Below, piece after piece: positions 19,401-27,242 of a stretch of DNA of 29,858 nucleotides. Both the position numbers and the translations under genes were made by a program. Source of the stretch: an uncultured archaeon (GTDB lineage: Archaea > Asgardarchaeota > Thorarchaeia > Thorarchaeales > Thorarchaeaceae); the NCBI GenBank assembly GCA_964473825.1, contig CAYYQL010000034.1, positions 1 through 29,858 on the forward strand, written 5' to 3'. The first letter of the stretch is position 1. Each line of letters begins with the position of its first letter. Under the pieces are notes generated by a model. The model did no database searches and was not told the DNA's origin. It was given only the letters and a program-made list of their open reading frames with translations.

Positions 19401-19658
19401 CTACTTCACCCTGTACGGTTCCCCAAACACTGAATCAAAGAACTCTCGAAGGGATTCATCCACCAATACAACCCTGATACTGGCATCATCGTCTGTGTGG
19501 GGATTGTAGATCCCGCTCACAAGCTCAATCTTTGTCTCATCTTCTGTGAGAAGCATGGTCTTCTCTTCGTCTACCTCTTCATGCATATCGAAATGCTCCT
19601 TCACCCGGTCCATCATTTCTCTGTATTCTGTTGGGTCCACCTTGTAGAACAGCTTCAT
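19401..19658 (-). CDS. Small acidic hypothetical protein
   Basis: 85-aa ATG ORF with a GGAGG SD; fills the gap between ferredoxin and PLD; no recognised motif. Confidence 0.75.
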   Translation of the reverse strand: MKLFYKVDPTEYREMMDRVKEHFDMHEEVDEEKTMLLTEDETKIELVSGIYNPHTDDDASIRVVLVDESLREFFDSVFGEPYRVK

Positions 19659-19759
19659 TGTTTTTGGCCTCCGATTTCTTTCTACGGTTAGAGGCTATCA
19701 GAAGGTATAAGTGATTCGTGGCTTCTCTGACTCACCACAAAGTAGAGGATTGAGCAAAA

Positions 19760-21412
19760 ATGCTGAACCGCCACAAGATAATGGGTCTATTCGTAGTTCT
19801 CCTTACGGTCTCTTGGTTGTTTCCCCTGCTGGGTTCCACCTTCATCAAGGAGTTACCAACAGAGAAGGGTTTCACGCCCAGCCAGTTTGAATGGACCACG
19901 TACAATCGTGACATGAACGTTACAACTTTCGTATCACCAGACGGAAGCCGCGATGCGCTATGGGAGCTCCTTCAGAGCGCAGATGAGAGCATCTATGTTG
20001 AGATATACGGAATAAACAACCCCTACATCCTAGATCTGATTCATGAGATACATGACGATAAACCCGCGCTTGAGATGAAGTTTCTCATCGGATGGAATAG
20101 CTTGGGATACTACAGTCCAAATAAGTATGTAGCGAACAATCTCACAGAGCTTGGATACGAGGTGAGGTGGACGAACGCCTCCGACTTCACATTTGCCCAT
20201 CAGAAGTTCTTCGTTATTGACAATGAAACGGCGGTTGTTCATTCCGGAAACTGGGCCAAGACGAGCTTTCCTGAAGAGGGTAAGAAGGCGAATCGAGAAT
20301 GGAGCATTGCTATGACGGATGTACAAGTAGCGGGCTACTATCTAGATGTTTTCGACTATGATTGGTCTCGAGGGACGGAGTACGATGCAGGAACCCATGG
20401 TACGGGCGATCCCCTCTCCTACTCTCAGGTCGGGACCACATATATGCGGCCATTTACTACTCCTGGCAAGTTCTCTGGACAGATGAACGTGACGCCAATC
20501 TTCAGCCCAGATACCAGCTTGGAGGGAATTCTATACTGCATAAACAGCGCACAGGCCACGCTTGATATCCAGATACCCTATTTCACCAGTGTCGGTGATG
20601 AGGGTGCTGTTGACGAGATACTCGACGCTATCATTGCAGCCAAGAATCGAGGGGTCACTGTAAGAGTGATCTCCGAGGAAGAGAAGGACTGGATTGAAGT
20701 TGCCGAGATTCTGATAGAGCATGAGATTCCAATTGTGTGGCAGATGACAAGATGGTTCTCTGCAAACCACAACAAAGCTATAATCGTTGATGGACGCATC
20801 GTTCTGATCAGTAGCATAAACTACAGTGACGGCAGCATCACTCAGAATCGCGAGGCTGGAGTCATCATCGAGAATGACGAAGTGGCTCAGTGGTACCTCG
20901 ATGTCTATGACTTTGACTGGTCAGTTGCAAGCTGGGAAGAGCTTGATGAAGTGAATCTGTATTGGGATCCCAATATCCCAAATCATGAGGCTGATATCAC
21001 TGTCACTGTCTATGCCCATATGCTAAATGCAACACCTGTTGATGAGGTTTGGTTGGACTACAGAGTGGGTGCCAGTGCTTGGAACAATATCTCAATCATA
21101 GATAATCTGGCCAACTCGGAAGAGGGTAACCCAGAGAACTACTTCTATGTGATTCCTGCTCAGCCTGATGGAACCGACATCACCGTCGTTGGAAGGATAC
21201 GAGTTGGGTCTACATGGCACGTTGGCCTTCCTATGGTCATCCGTGTGCGGGACTCGATCGGTTCTGCGACCACGACTACAACCACAACGACGACTACAAC
21301 AACGGCTGATTCAATCCATGAATTTCTGGTCGAATTCGGAGTGTATATCGTCTTGATTGTCATTGCTGTGATATGTGGTGGTGGCTACAAGACCTACAGC
21401 AAACGACGCTAG
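19760..21412 (+). CDS. Secreted, membrane-anchored phospholipase D-superfamily enzyme
   Basis: Two HxKxxxxD motifs (HQKFFVID; HNKAIIVD), N-terminal signal/TM segment, poly-Thr linker, C-terminal TM helix with basic tail (SKRR). Confidence 0.9.
   Translation: MLNRHKIMGLFVVLLTVSWLFPLLGSTFIKELPTEKGFTPSQFEWTTYNRDMNVTTFVSPDGSRDALWELLQSADESIYVEIYGINNPYILDLIHEIHDDKPALEMKFLIGWNSLGYYSPNKYVANNLTELGYEVRWTNASDFTFAHQKFFVIDNETAVVHSGNWAKTSFPEEGKKANREWSIAMTDVQVAGYYLDVFDYDWSRGTEYDAGTHGTGDPLSYSQVGTTYMRPFTTPGKFSGQMNVTPIFSPDTSLEGILYCINSAQATLDIQIPYFTSVGDEGAVDEILDAIIAAKNRGVTVRVISEEEKDWIEVAEILIEHEIPIVWQMTRWFSANHNKAIIVDGRIVLISSINYSDGSITQNREAGVIIENDEVAQWYLDVYDFDWSVASWEELDEVNLYWDPNIPNHEADITVTVYAHMLNATPVDEVWLDYRVGASAWNNISIIDNLANSEEGNPENYFYVIPAQPDGTDITVVGRIRVGSTWHVGLPMVIRVRDSIGSATTTTTTTTTTTTADSIHEFLVEFGVYIVLIVIAVICGGGYKTYSKRR
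21269..21304 (+). repeat. Poly-Thr (12x ACN) linker in the PLD gene
   Basis: Twelve consecutive Thr codons using all four synonymous codons. Confidence 0.9.
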
Positions 21413-21450
21413 AAACAGAGGTACTCTGTCTACCATACTATCTCAGAGTG

Positions 21451-21487
21451 GCAGAGATGTGGGCACTTCAATTGCCCCATCTCTTGC
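21451..21487. terminator. Bulged hairpin between the convergent PLD and TPR genes
   Basis: GCAGAGATG-T-GGGCA / TGCCC-CATCTC-T-TGC with a 7-nt loop. Confidence 0.45.
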
Positions 21488-21560
21488 TCATTTAAGAGGC
21501 ATCCCATCTTCCATCACAATCCGAACACCCGTTCTTTTCCATGGGCTTGAGGCGTCGGTT

Positions 21561-22157
21561 TCAGTCTGATGTCCTCTCAGCCAAATCTGCAAACTTACGG
21601 CAGCTCTGTGCGTCCTGTGTCTCGCCCCTTCGCATATGGAGGTCTGCCGCAATCCGATACGCCCGAGCCACCTCATCCCATCTCTGCTGTGCATCCATGC
21701 AGAGTGCAAGAGCTTTCCAAGTGTCGGGATTGGATGAATCTCCCTCTAGCGCCTTATGGTATGCTTCTACTGCCTCATCGATTCTAAACAGACTCTCTAG
21801 AGACCGTGCTTTCATGACCCACAGCCGTGGGTTCTCAGATTGCATAGAGAGGCCCGATTCTGCGGCCTGAAGTGCCTCTTCAAAACTGCCGGTGCCCAGA
21901 TATGCTTCCGCCTTGTTAGCATATGCTCTTGGGTCTGTCCTATCGGCACTGATTGCCCTATCGAAGGCTTGAATCGCTTCTTTCTGTTCACCGATGTGAA
22001 TGTGCACGAGTCCCTTTTCGTTCAATGCATCCAACGATTCAGGATTCGCCTGCAAGGCCTTCCCATATGCCTCGATTGCTTTCTTGTTCTCACCCTTTGA
22101 TCGCTCAATTCGGGCATGTCCCATCCATTCTTCGTAGGTGCGGCCATCGGAAGACAT
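21561..22157 (-). CDS. TPR repeat protein
   Basis: About 5 TPR units ('AIEAYGKALQANP', 'AIQAFDRAISAD', 'AVEAYHKALEGD'). Confidence 0.9.
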   Translation of the reverse strand: MSSDGRTYEEWMGHARIERSKGENKKAIEAYGKALQANPESLDALNEKGLVHIHIGEQKEAIQAFDRAISADRTDPRAYANKAEAYLGTGSFEEALQAAESGLSMQSENPRLWVMKARSLESLFRIDEAVEAYHKALEGDSSNPDTWKALALCMDAQQRWDEVARAYRIAADLHMRRGETQDAQSCRKFADLAERTSD

Positions 22158-22303
22158 ACGCTTAGTCCCAACTGCTGCCGTTTTAATGGTTCTCTAGGGG
22201 GACTTCTATTTGAATCTGGTCAATGACATTAAGCCAGCTAAACAATAAGGGTTTTAACGTGGTCCCTACGAATCCACTGTAATGGGATTCTGAGGAAGGC
22301 TCT

Positions 22304-22804
22304 ATGAGTGAAGATGAAGTCCGCGATGAAATGGAGAACGAATATGACGAGGCAGAAACAACCGAGGAAATACTCCCCCCGCCTAGCGGTGGCAGATTGA
22401 GAAGGTTCCTGGACGACCCCTGGCCCACATCGACCTTCATCCTCATGATGCTAGGGTTTGTGATAGTTCTATTCACGCCCTATGAGGTATGGTCGCAGTG
22501 GAGCTGGATGCTTGTCGGTGCCTACTTCATGTGGATCTTGGTGATTGTTGGCTTCGTCTTTTCAACACAGGTTTGGCGTAAGTCTTCTGGATCAAAGATG
22601 AGATTCGCGGCAATTGCGATTTTCATGGTTATCTTTGCGGTAGGGATACTCGGCACAATTGATCTCGGCTTATGGATGCTGATATCGACTCCTCTCCTAC
22701 CGGGCCTTGAGGCACCATTACTTTATGGAACCAACGCGATTGTAGTGTTTTGTCTCTACAGTCTCTGGCTGCTGCAGAGAGCAACAAGCCCCGATCGTTC
22801 GTAA
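22304..22804 (+). CDS. Hypothetical membrane protein (about 4 TM) with acidic N-terminus
   Basis: 166-aa ATG ORF with four hydrophobic segments; only 3 nt from the next gene. Confidence 0.75.
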   Translation: MSEDEVRDEMENEYDEAETTEEILPPPSGGRLRRFLDDPWPTSTFILMMLGFVIVLFTPYEVWSQWSWMLVGAYFMWILVIVGFVFSTQVWRKSSGSKMRFAAIAIFMVIFAVGILGTIDLGLWMLISTPLLPGLEAPLLYGTNAIVVFCLYSLWLLQRATSPDRS

Positions 22805-22807
22805 TGG

Positions 22808-23179
22808 GTGAATGGCTTGTCTAACGGTGGCCGCACTCTTGAAGATGTCATGGTGATTATCAGGGATTTCGTCGAGGAACGCGATTGGACTAGATTTCAG
22901 AAACCGCGTGCGCTGGCAATCTCGGCTGCCATAGAGATGGGGGAGCTTCTCGAACTCTTTCAGTGGAGAACTGATGATGAGATATCCGAGCTTCTCAAGG
23001 ATGACAAGTACCGTGCAAGCCTCGCTGCTGAAATTGCTGATGTCATGATATACCTAATAAGAATCGCTGACACGGCCGGAATATCCCCAAGCGAGGCAAT
23101 CCTGACCAAGATGACCTCAAATCGTGAGAAGTATCCTGCGAAAGACTGCAGGGGAAAGATTCCTGAGAAACTCAAATAG
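22808..23179 (+). CDS. MazG-like nucleotide pyrophosphohydrolase (DCTPP1/RS21-C6 type)
   Basis: 'FVEERDWTRFQKPRALA...EMGELLELFQW...EIADVMIYL...KM..NREKYP'. Confidence 0.92.
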   Translation: MNGLSNGGRTLEDVMVIIRDFVEERDWTRFQKPRALAISAAIEMGELLELFQWRTDDEISELLKDDKYRASLAAEIADVMIYLIRIADTAGISPSEAILTKMTSNREKYPAKDCRGKIPEKLK

Positions 23180-23972
23180 ACTCTGTCAATCTGCGGTAGA
23201 TTTCGGGTCTTCGATCCTTCAACACATGGTTTGTTTCTGTGATATTCTTCTCATCAGCAGCTCGTGGGTCGATGTCAACCACAAGGAGATCAGTAGTTGT
23301 GCGAGACCCCCGTACTAGGACTGTGCCCTGAGGATCGGTGATCTGGGACATTCCTGAGAATTCAAGACCTCTCTCCTTGCCGATGCGGTTTGCTGTTGCT
23401 GTGAACACTCTGTTCTCTATCGACCTTGTCTTCATTGCATCTTGACAATAAGGTAGAACGAGGTTCGCTGGATGTAGTATGACCTGAGCACCTTTCAAAG
23501 CAAGGATACGAGCCATTTCAGGAAAAGCCCAATCAAAACAGACCATTATTCCGTATCTGTGACCTCTGAATCGGAAGACTGGCGGTTCAGCAGTACCCAC
23601 CGAAAACCACTGTTTCTCCTGACCGAAGAGGTGGACTTTTCTGTAGGTAGTGATGTGTTCCCCTGCTCCAAAGGCGACCGCTGAATTGTAGAATGTTTCC
23701 TCCGCCCTCTCACAGATTCCTGAAACAATCAGCCGCCCATTGCTGGACCACTCTCTGAGTAGAGCAGATAGCGCCCCTTCCCCCACAGTCTCTGCTGTTG
23801 CTGTCAGTTCATCCTTGGACCGAAATGCATACCCCGAGTTTGCTAGCTCAGGAAGAATCAGGACTTCGGTGTCCTGAACTGAAGCCTGTTGCAGAGCATT
23901 CTTGATGGCCTCCATATTTTCCGCCACTGAGGCGACATGCGGTTTTATCTGGGCCAATCCTATTGTGACCAT
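23172..23972 (-). CDS. Carbon-nitrogen hydrolase (nitrilase/amidase superfamily)
   Basis: Glu-Lys-Cys triad motifs 'LPEL', 'YRKVHLF', 'VCFDWAFPE'. Confidence 0.93.
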   Translation of the reverse strand: MVTIGLAQIKPHVASVAENMEAIKNALQQASVQDTEVLILPELANSGYAFRSKDELTATAETVGEGALSALLREWSSNGRLIVSGICERAEETFYNSAVAFGAGEHITTYRKVHLFGQEKQWFSVGTAEPPVFRFRGHRYGIMVCFDWAFPEMARILALKGAQVILHPANLVLPYCQDAMKTRSIENRVFTATANRIGKERGLEFSGMSQITDPQGTVLVRGSRTTTDLLVVDIDPRAADEKNITETNHVLKDRRPEIYRRLTESI

Positions 23973-24085
23973 GAGTATCTTACCAAGCTTTGCTCCGGGA
24001 TTCTACCTTCAAAGGTTTTTGTGGGGGAGGCTCCAGCAAAAAGCATTTCACAGGCCTTCATCAATTAGTCTGTGAGGACCAACAG

Positions 24086-24205
24086 ATGAAGAAAGAAGAC
24101 TCTGACCCCTCAGACGCAGAGTGGGCCGATACCGTTGAGTGGCCAGAAGAAGACTGGGGCGACGACTACTGGGACGAAACCGGTTCCGAGAACGGGTACT
24201 TCTGA
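24086..24205 (+). CDS. Acidic Trp-rich micro-protein (39 aa)
   Basis: MKKEDSDPSDAEWADTVEWPEEDWGDDYWDETGSENGYF; GTGAGG SD-like site at 24072-24077; strongly biased composition. Confidence 0.6.
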   Translation: MKKEDSDPSDAEWADTVEWPEEDWGDDYWDETGSENGYF

Positions 24206-24225
24206 CTGGATTTGTGCAGGACAGA

Positions 24226-25062
24226 CTACCGACTGCTCCCTTCTTGTTCCGTCCGGTCTTGTATTGCTTTTCGGCAACGGAGCAGTCGGTTATACGACTT
24301 CCTCAACTGCTTCGAATCATCCCGTTTCCATATCTCTCTTATCAGGTACAGGACTTCTCGTGCCTCTTTCACTCTCGCCATGAGCTCAGAGTAACGGCTC
24401 TTGAGTTTCTTCAGAGGCACTGTATTGTCTTTAATCGTTTCCTGCAAGTCGAGAATCCTACTCTCAAGAGAATTCAGCTGTCCATTGATTGTTGCATCGA
24501 GAGCCATTTCGATCTCTCTATCACTCTTTGGCCCAACCGCTCTGACCCTCGACCATCGGGAAACCTTGGCGTCAATATCCTTCATGGACTCTGCAAACTC
24601 CTTCGGAGTCAGTACTTTTCTTACACTTTCCTTCTGATAGAATCGAGCGATGTCTTTGGACCTGAGGTGGGGGAACAAGACTGCCCCTTTTCTGATACGA
24701 ATATAGGCGGAACGGTTGAGCAGGCGCTGAGTCTTTTTCTTCTGTTGGGCTGTGGGTTCAACAAAGGAATAAGAAATAAGCACGTAGGTCCGACGTCGGT
24801 ATAGTTCAGGGTCAGTCTCTTTAACTCGGGGAATCTCTCGTGCTCTCTTGAGTGTGAGATACCGGAACCTCTGCACATATTCTCGCACTTTCTTGTTCTG
24901 TACTGGAACCCTGTACACTCCTCTAGCCAGTCTTCGGATTGACTTGATCTTGCGTGCACCTCTTCTGAACTCCTTGTCGTCTCCTATAACGACAACGAGG
25001 AATGAAGTACCTGATAGTCTGTCCTCAGTTCGTGATTCCTCAGAAACGTTTCTGTCGTTCAA
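24226..25062 (-). CDS. Highly basic hypothetical protein, possible Cas2/PaaX/ChrB-N-like fold with a helical C-terminus
   Basis: 278-aa ORF, about 25% Lys+Arg by manual count; 'YVLISYSF...KKKTQRLL...YIRIRKGAVLFP'; TTG start with GAGGGG SD. Confidence 0.75.
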   Translation of the reverse strand: MNDRNVSEESRTEDRLSGTSFLVVVIGDDKEFRRGARKIKSIRRLARGVYRVPVQNKKVREYVQRFRYLTLKRAREIPRVKETDPELYRRRTYVLISYSFVEPTAQQKKKTQRLLNRSAYIRIRKGAVLFPHLRSKDIARFYQKESVRKVLTPKEFAESMKDIDAKVSRWSRVRAVGPKSDREIEMALDATINGQLNSLESRILDLQETIKDNTVPLKKLKSRYSELMARVKEAREVLYLIREIWKRDDSKQLRKSYNRLLRCRKAIQDRTEQEGSSR

Positions 25063-25352
25063 TTCATCCCCTCATAGAAGACCGTAAGAATCGTCTGCCA
25101 CTCGTAGGCCGAGTTTCGCTGACTCTTGAAAACCCCATAGGTGACACAAGTGAAGGCCCCTCATTGACTATAATATTATCTTTTCGCTAGAAGTAACTGT
25201 TTCTGGTGGGTTTGAGCGGTTGATTATCTCTTTTCATCAATAAGGGTGCAGTATAGGTCTGGAATTGACCATATGGGGTCTATGAGCAATCTTTCTTCCG
25301 TAGAGCAATCTTAGATTCAAACATGACAGGAGGCCCTGTGGAGGTGAAATAA

Positions 25353-25445
25353 ATGGTCTTTGACGAGGATTTCGACGATGAAGATTCGGATGACGACGAT
25401 TGGGACGACGACGATGAAGATTGGGACGACGACGAGGATTGGTAA
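25353..25445 (+). CDS. Ultra-acidic Trp-repeat micro-protein (30 aa), absent from the ORF track
   Basis: MVFDEDFDDEDSDDDDWDDDDEDWDDDEDW*; perfect GGAGGTGA SD at 25340-25347, 5 nt before the ATG; downstream hairpin and T-rich tract. Confidence 0.75.
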   Translation: MVFDEDFDDEDSDDDDWDDDDEDWDDDEDW

Positions 25446-25475
25446 TTTCTGGTCGCAGTGTCAATCCCAATGGAC

Positions 25476-25519
25476 GGTACGAAGGCCCACAGCTGGGCCT
25501 TCTACCTTTGTTATGTTTT
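25476..25519 (+). terminator. Hairpin plus T-rich tract after the 30-aa ORF (may be shared with convergent MTAP)
   Basis: GAAGGCCCA-CAGC-TGGGCCTTC (25481-25502), extended by GGTA/TACC and followed by TTTGTTATGTTTT. Confidence 0.6.
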
Positions 25520-26378
25520 AGAACAATCCGCCTTTCATGGCGGTCTGACAGGAACATGATGCTCTTTCTGGAATGCTATCAATCATCTCGAATGTCAGCT
25601 TTTTGACCCGCTCAACGTTTTTCGACATGGTCTTCAAGACCATCTCATGAGTAACGTGCTCCTCAGCATGAACGTCATAGTCAGTTGGCATTGAAACATT
25701 TACAAAGCAGATCCCCGCCTCCCGTGCAAGGGCGGCTTCAGGGTAGGCTGTCATACCGATCACTTCCCATCCCTGATTGTGGAAGAACATGGACTCGGCG
25801 GCTGTAGAGAATCTCGGACCGTTGATGCAGACGTATGTCCCCTTTCCATGGACCTTGTAGTCGAGCTCAGCTGCAGTATCGAGGGCCACTTGCCTGAGCT
25901 CAGGACAGAATGGCTCACCAAACGGGAGATGAGCGATTGGTCCTCCTTCAAAGAAGGTGTCCTTGCGTTGCCCGAATGTTCTATCGAATAACTGATCCGC
26001 GATGACAAACTCGCCCAACTTCACGGTGTCAGGTTGGAGGCTGCCACATGCTGCAGGACTTATGATTCTCTTCACCCCCAGTGCCTTCATGCCCCAGATG
26101 TTTGCACGGTAGTTGATTGCGTGGGGCGGAATGGTATGTCCCTTCCCATGCCTGGCCAGAAATGCGAAGCTTCGGCCTCTGGCCTTTCCCACTATGAAGT
26201 TGTCGGAGGCCGCACCATAGGGTGTGAACACCTTGATTTCTATCGGGTCCTCTATCACCGTAGGATCATAGTTTCCACTTCCGCCGAACATACCAATTTC
26301 AATAGGGAGTATTTCGTCAACATCGTCCTGTTTGTTTCTGTCAATGGGTACAAACTCAAGTCTTGGTTCGAATGCCAT
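25518..26378 (-). CDS. mtnP: S-methyl-5'-thioadenosine phosphorylase
   Basis: 'IGMFGGSG', 'TPYG', 'FLARHGKGH', 'INYRANIW', 'GPRFSTAAES', 'IGMT', 'TDYD' (6-aminopurine-type); start set at ATG 26378 with AGGTGA SD. Confidence 0.92.
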   Translation of the reverse strand: MAFEPRLEFVPIDRNKQDDVDEILPIEIGMFGGSGNYDPTVIEDPIEIKVFTPYGAASDNFIVGKARGRSFAFLARHGKGHTIPPHAINYRANIWGMKALGVKRIISPAACGSLQPDTVKLGEFVIADQLFDRTFGQRKDTFFEGGPIAHLPFGEPFCPELRQVALDTAAELDYKVHGKGTYVCINGPRFSTAAESMFFHNQGWEVIGMTAYPEAALAREAGICFVNVSMPTDYDVHAEEHVTHEMVLKTMSKNVERVKKLTFEMIDSIPERASCSCQTAMKGGLF

Positions 26379-26523
26379 AATCTCACCTGTTATCGCTTTG
26401 TGCACTGATAATTCTGCGATACTGTCATTTATAGATGATACGGCATTCCGAGTACCTTGTTCTGGGATAGCGGTGTCACATTTGGTGTGCCCCACTAACG
26501 AGTTGAATTGTTGTGGTGACTGA

Positions 26524-27189
26524 TTATTCCTTCAGTTTCCATGTTTTGTCCAACGGATAGACAATCTTGTCGAGATACCCCATGTGTGCTTTGATCTTCG
26601 AGAGCTTGTCGTCCGAGAGTACAATATTGTTGTATTCTCTCAGGTGTTTCTTCAGCTCGGGTGTACTCATCTCTTTGACCCCTTCGCCGTCGAATATCTT
26701 CATAATCAGAGCAGTCAAGTCCTCATAGAAGTTCCAGGGCCAAATCTCCCATGCCCAGCTTATCTCGACACCGTAGTAGTCTGGTTCGAATTTCGACCCT
26801 GCAATATGCATCAAGGTCGCAGTTCTCACTTCCTTCGGCCCACATGCTTTCACGTGTTCCACTGCCATTGTAAGACTCTCGCCGGTATCCGTAATATCGT
26901 CAACCACCAACACATCTTTACCTGAAACATCAGCAGTGAGGGGACATGTCAGCTTTGCTTTTCCATCTTTAGTTGCTGTGACGCCCCAGTGGTCGATTTT
27001 GACACTGTACAGCTCCTTGACAGCAAGAAGATCACACTGAATCCGTGCGTGTACCCAGCCACCTCGGGCGATACCAACAATTGCATCAGGTTTCCAGCCA
27101 GAGTCCCTAATTTTCAAGGCAGTCTGATAAGAGTAGTTGTAGATATCATCAAAATCTAAGACATAACAGAGCGCACCCTTCAAATCCAT
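26524..27189 (-). CDS. Purine phosphoribosyltransferase-family protein (HGPRT/XGPRT-like, COG2236)
   Basis: 'IVGIARGGW', PRPP loop 'VLVVDDITDTGESL', 'FEPDYY...WEIWPW'. Confidence 0.9.
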   Translation of the reverse strand: MDLKGALCYVLDFDDIYNYSYQTALKIRDSGWKPDAIVGIARGGWVHARIQCDLLAVKELYSVKIDHWGVTATKDGKAKLTCPLTADVSGKDVLVVDDITDTGESLTMAVEHVKACGPKEVRTATLMHIAGSKFEPDYYGVEISWAWEIWPWNFYEDLTALIMKIFDGEGVKEMSTPELKKHLREYNNIVLSDDKLSKIKAHMGYLDKIVYPLDKTWKLKE

Positions 27190-27242
27190 GATGTGTCACC
27201 AACACGATACCCCGCGACCAAAAGAACGTTAAAAAGGTGTTT

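Noticed and set aside
24139-24804. 221-aa plus-strand ORF
   Set aside because: Antisense to the 278-aa protein, with no recognisable motif or SD
25362-25442. CRISPR array or microsatellite
   Set aside because: The GAY/TGG repeats have no spacers and show synonymous variation in one reading frame, consistent with coding sequence
25237-25557. 106-aa minus-strand ORF with RRRPNLH repeats
   Set aside because: Antisense shadow of the GAC/GAT-rich 30-aa gene; it overlaps the MTAP 3' end and lacks translation signals
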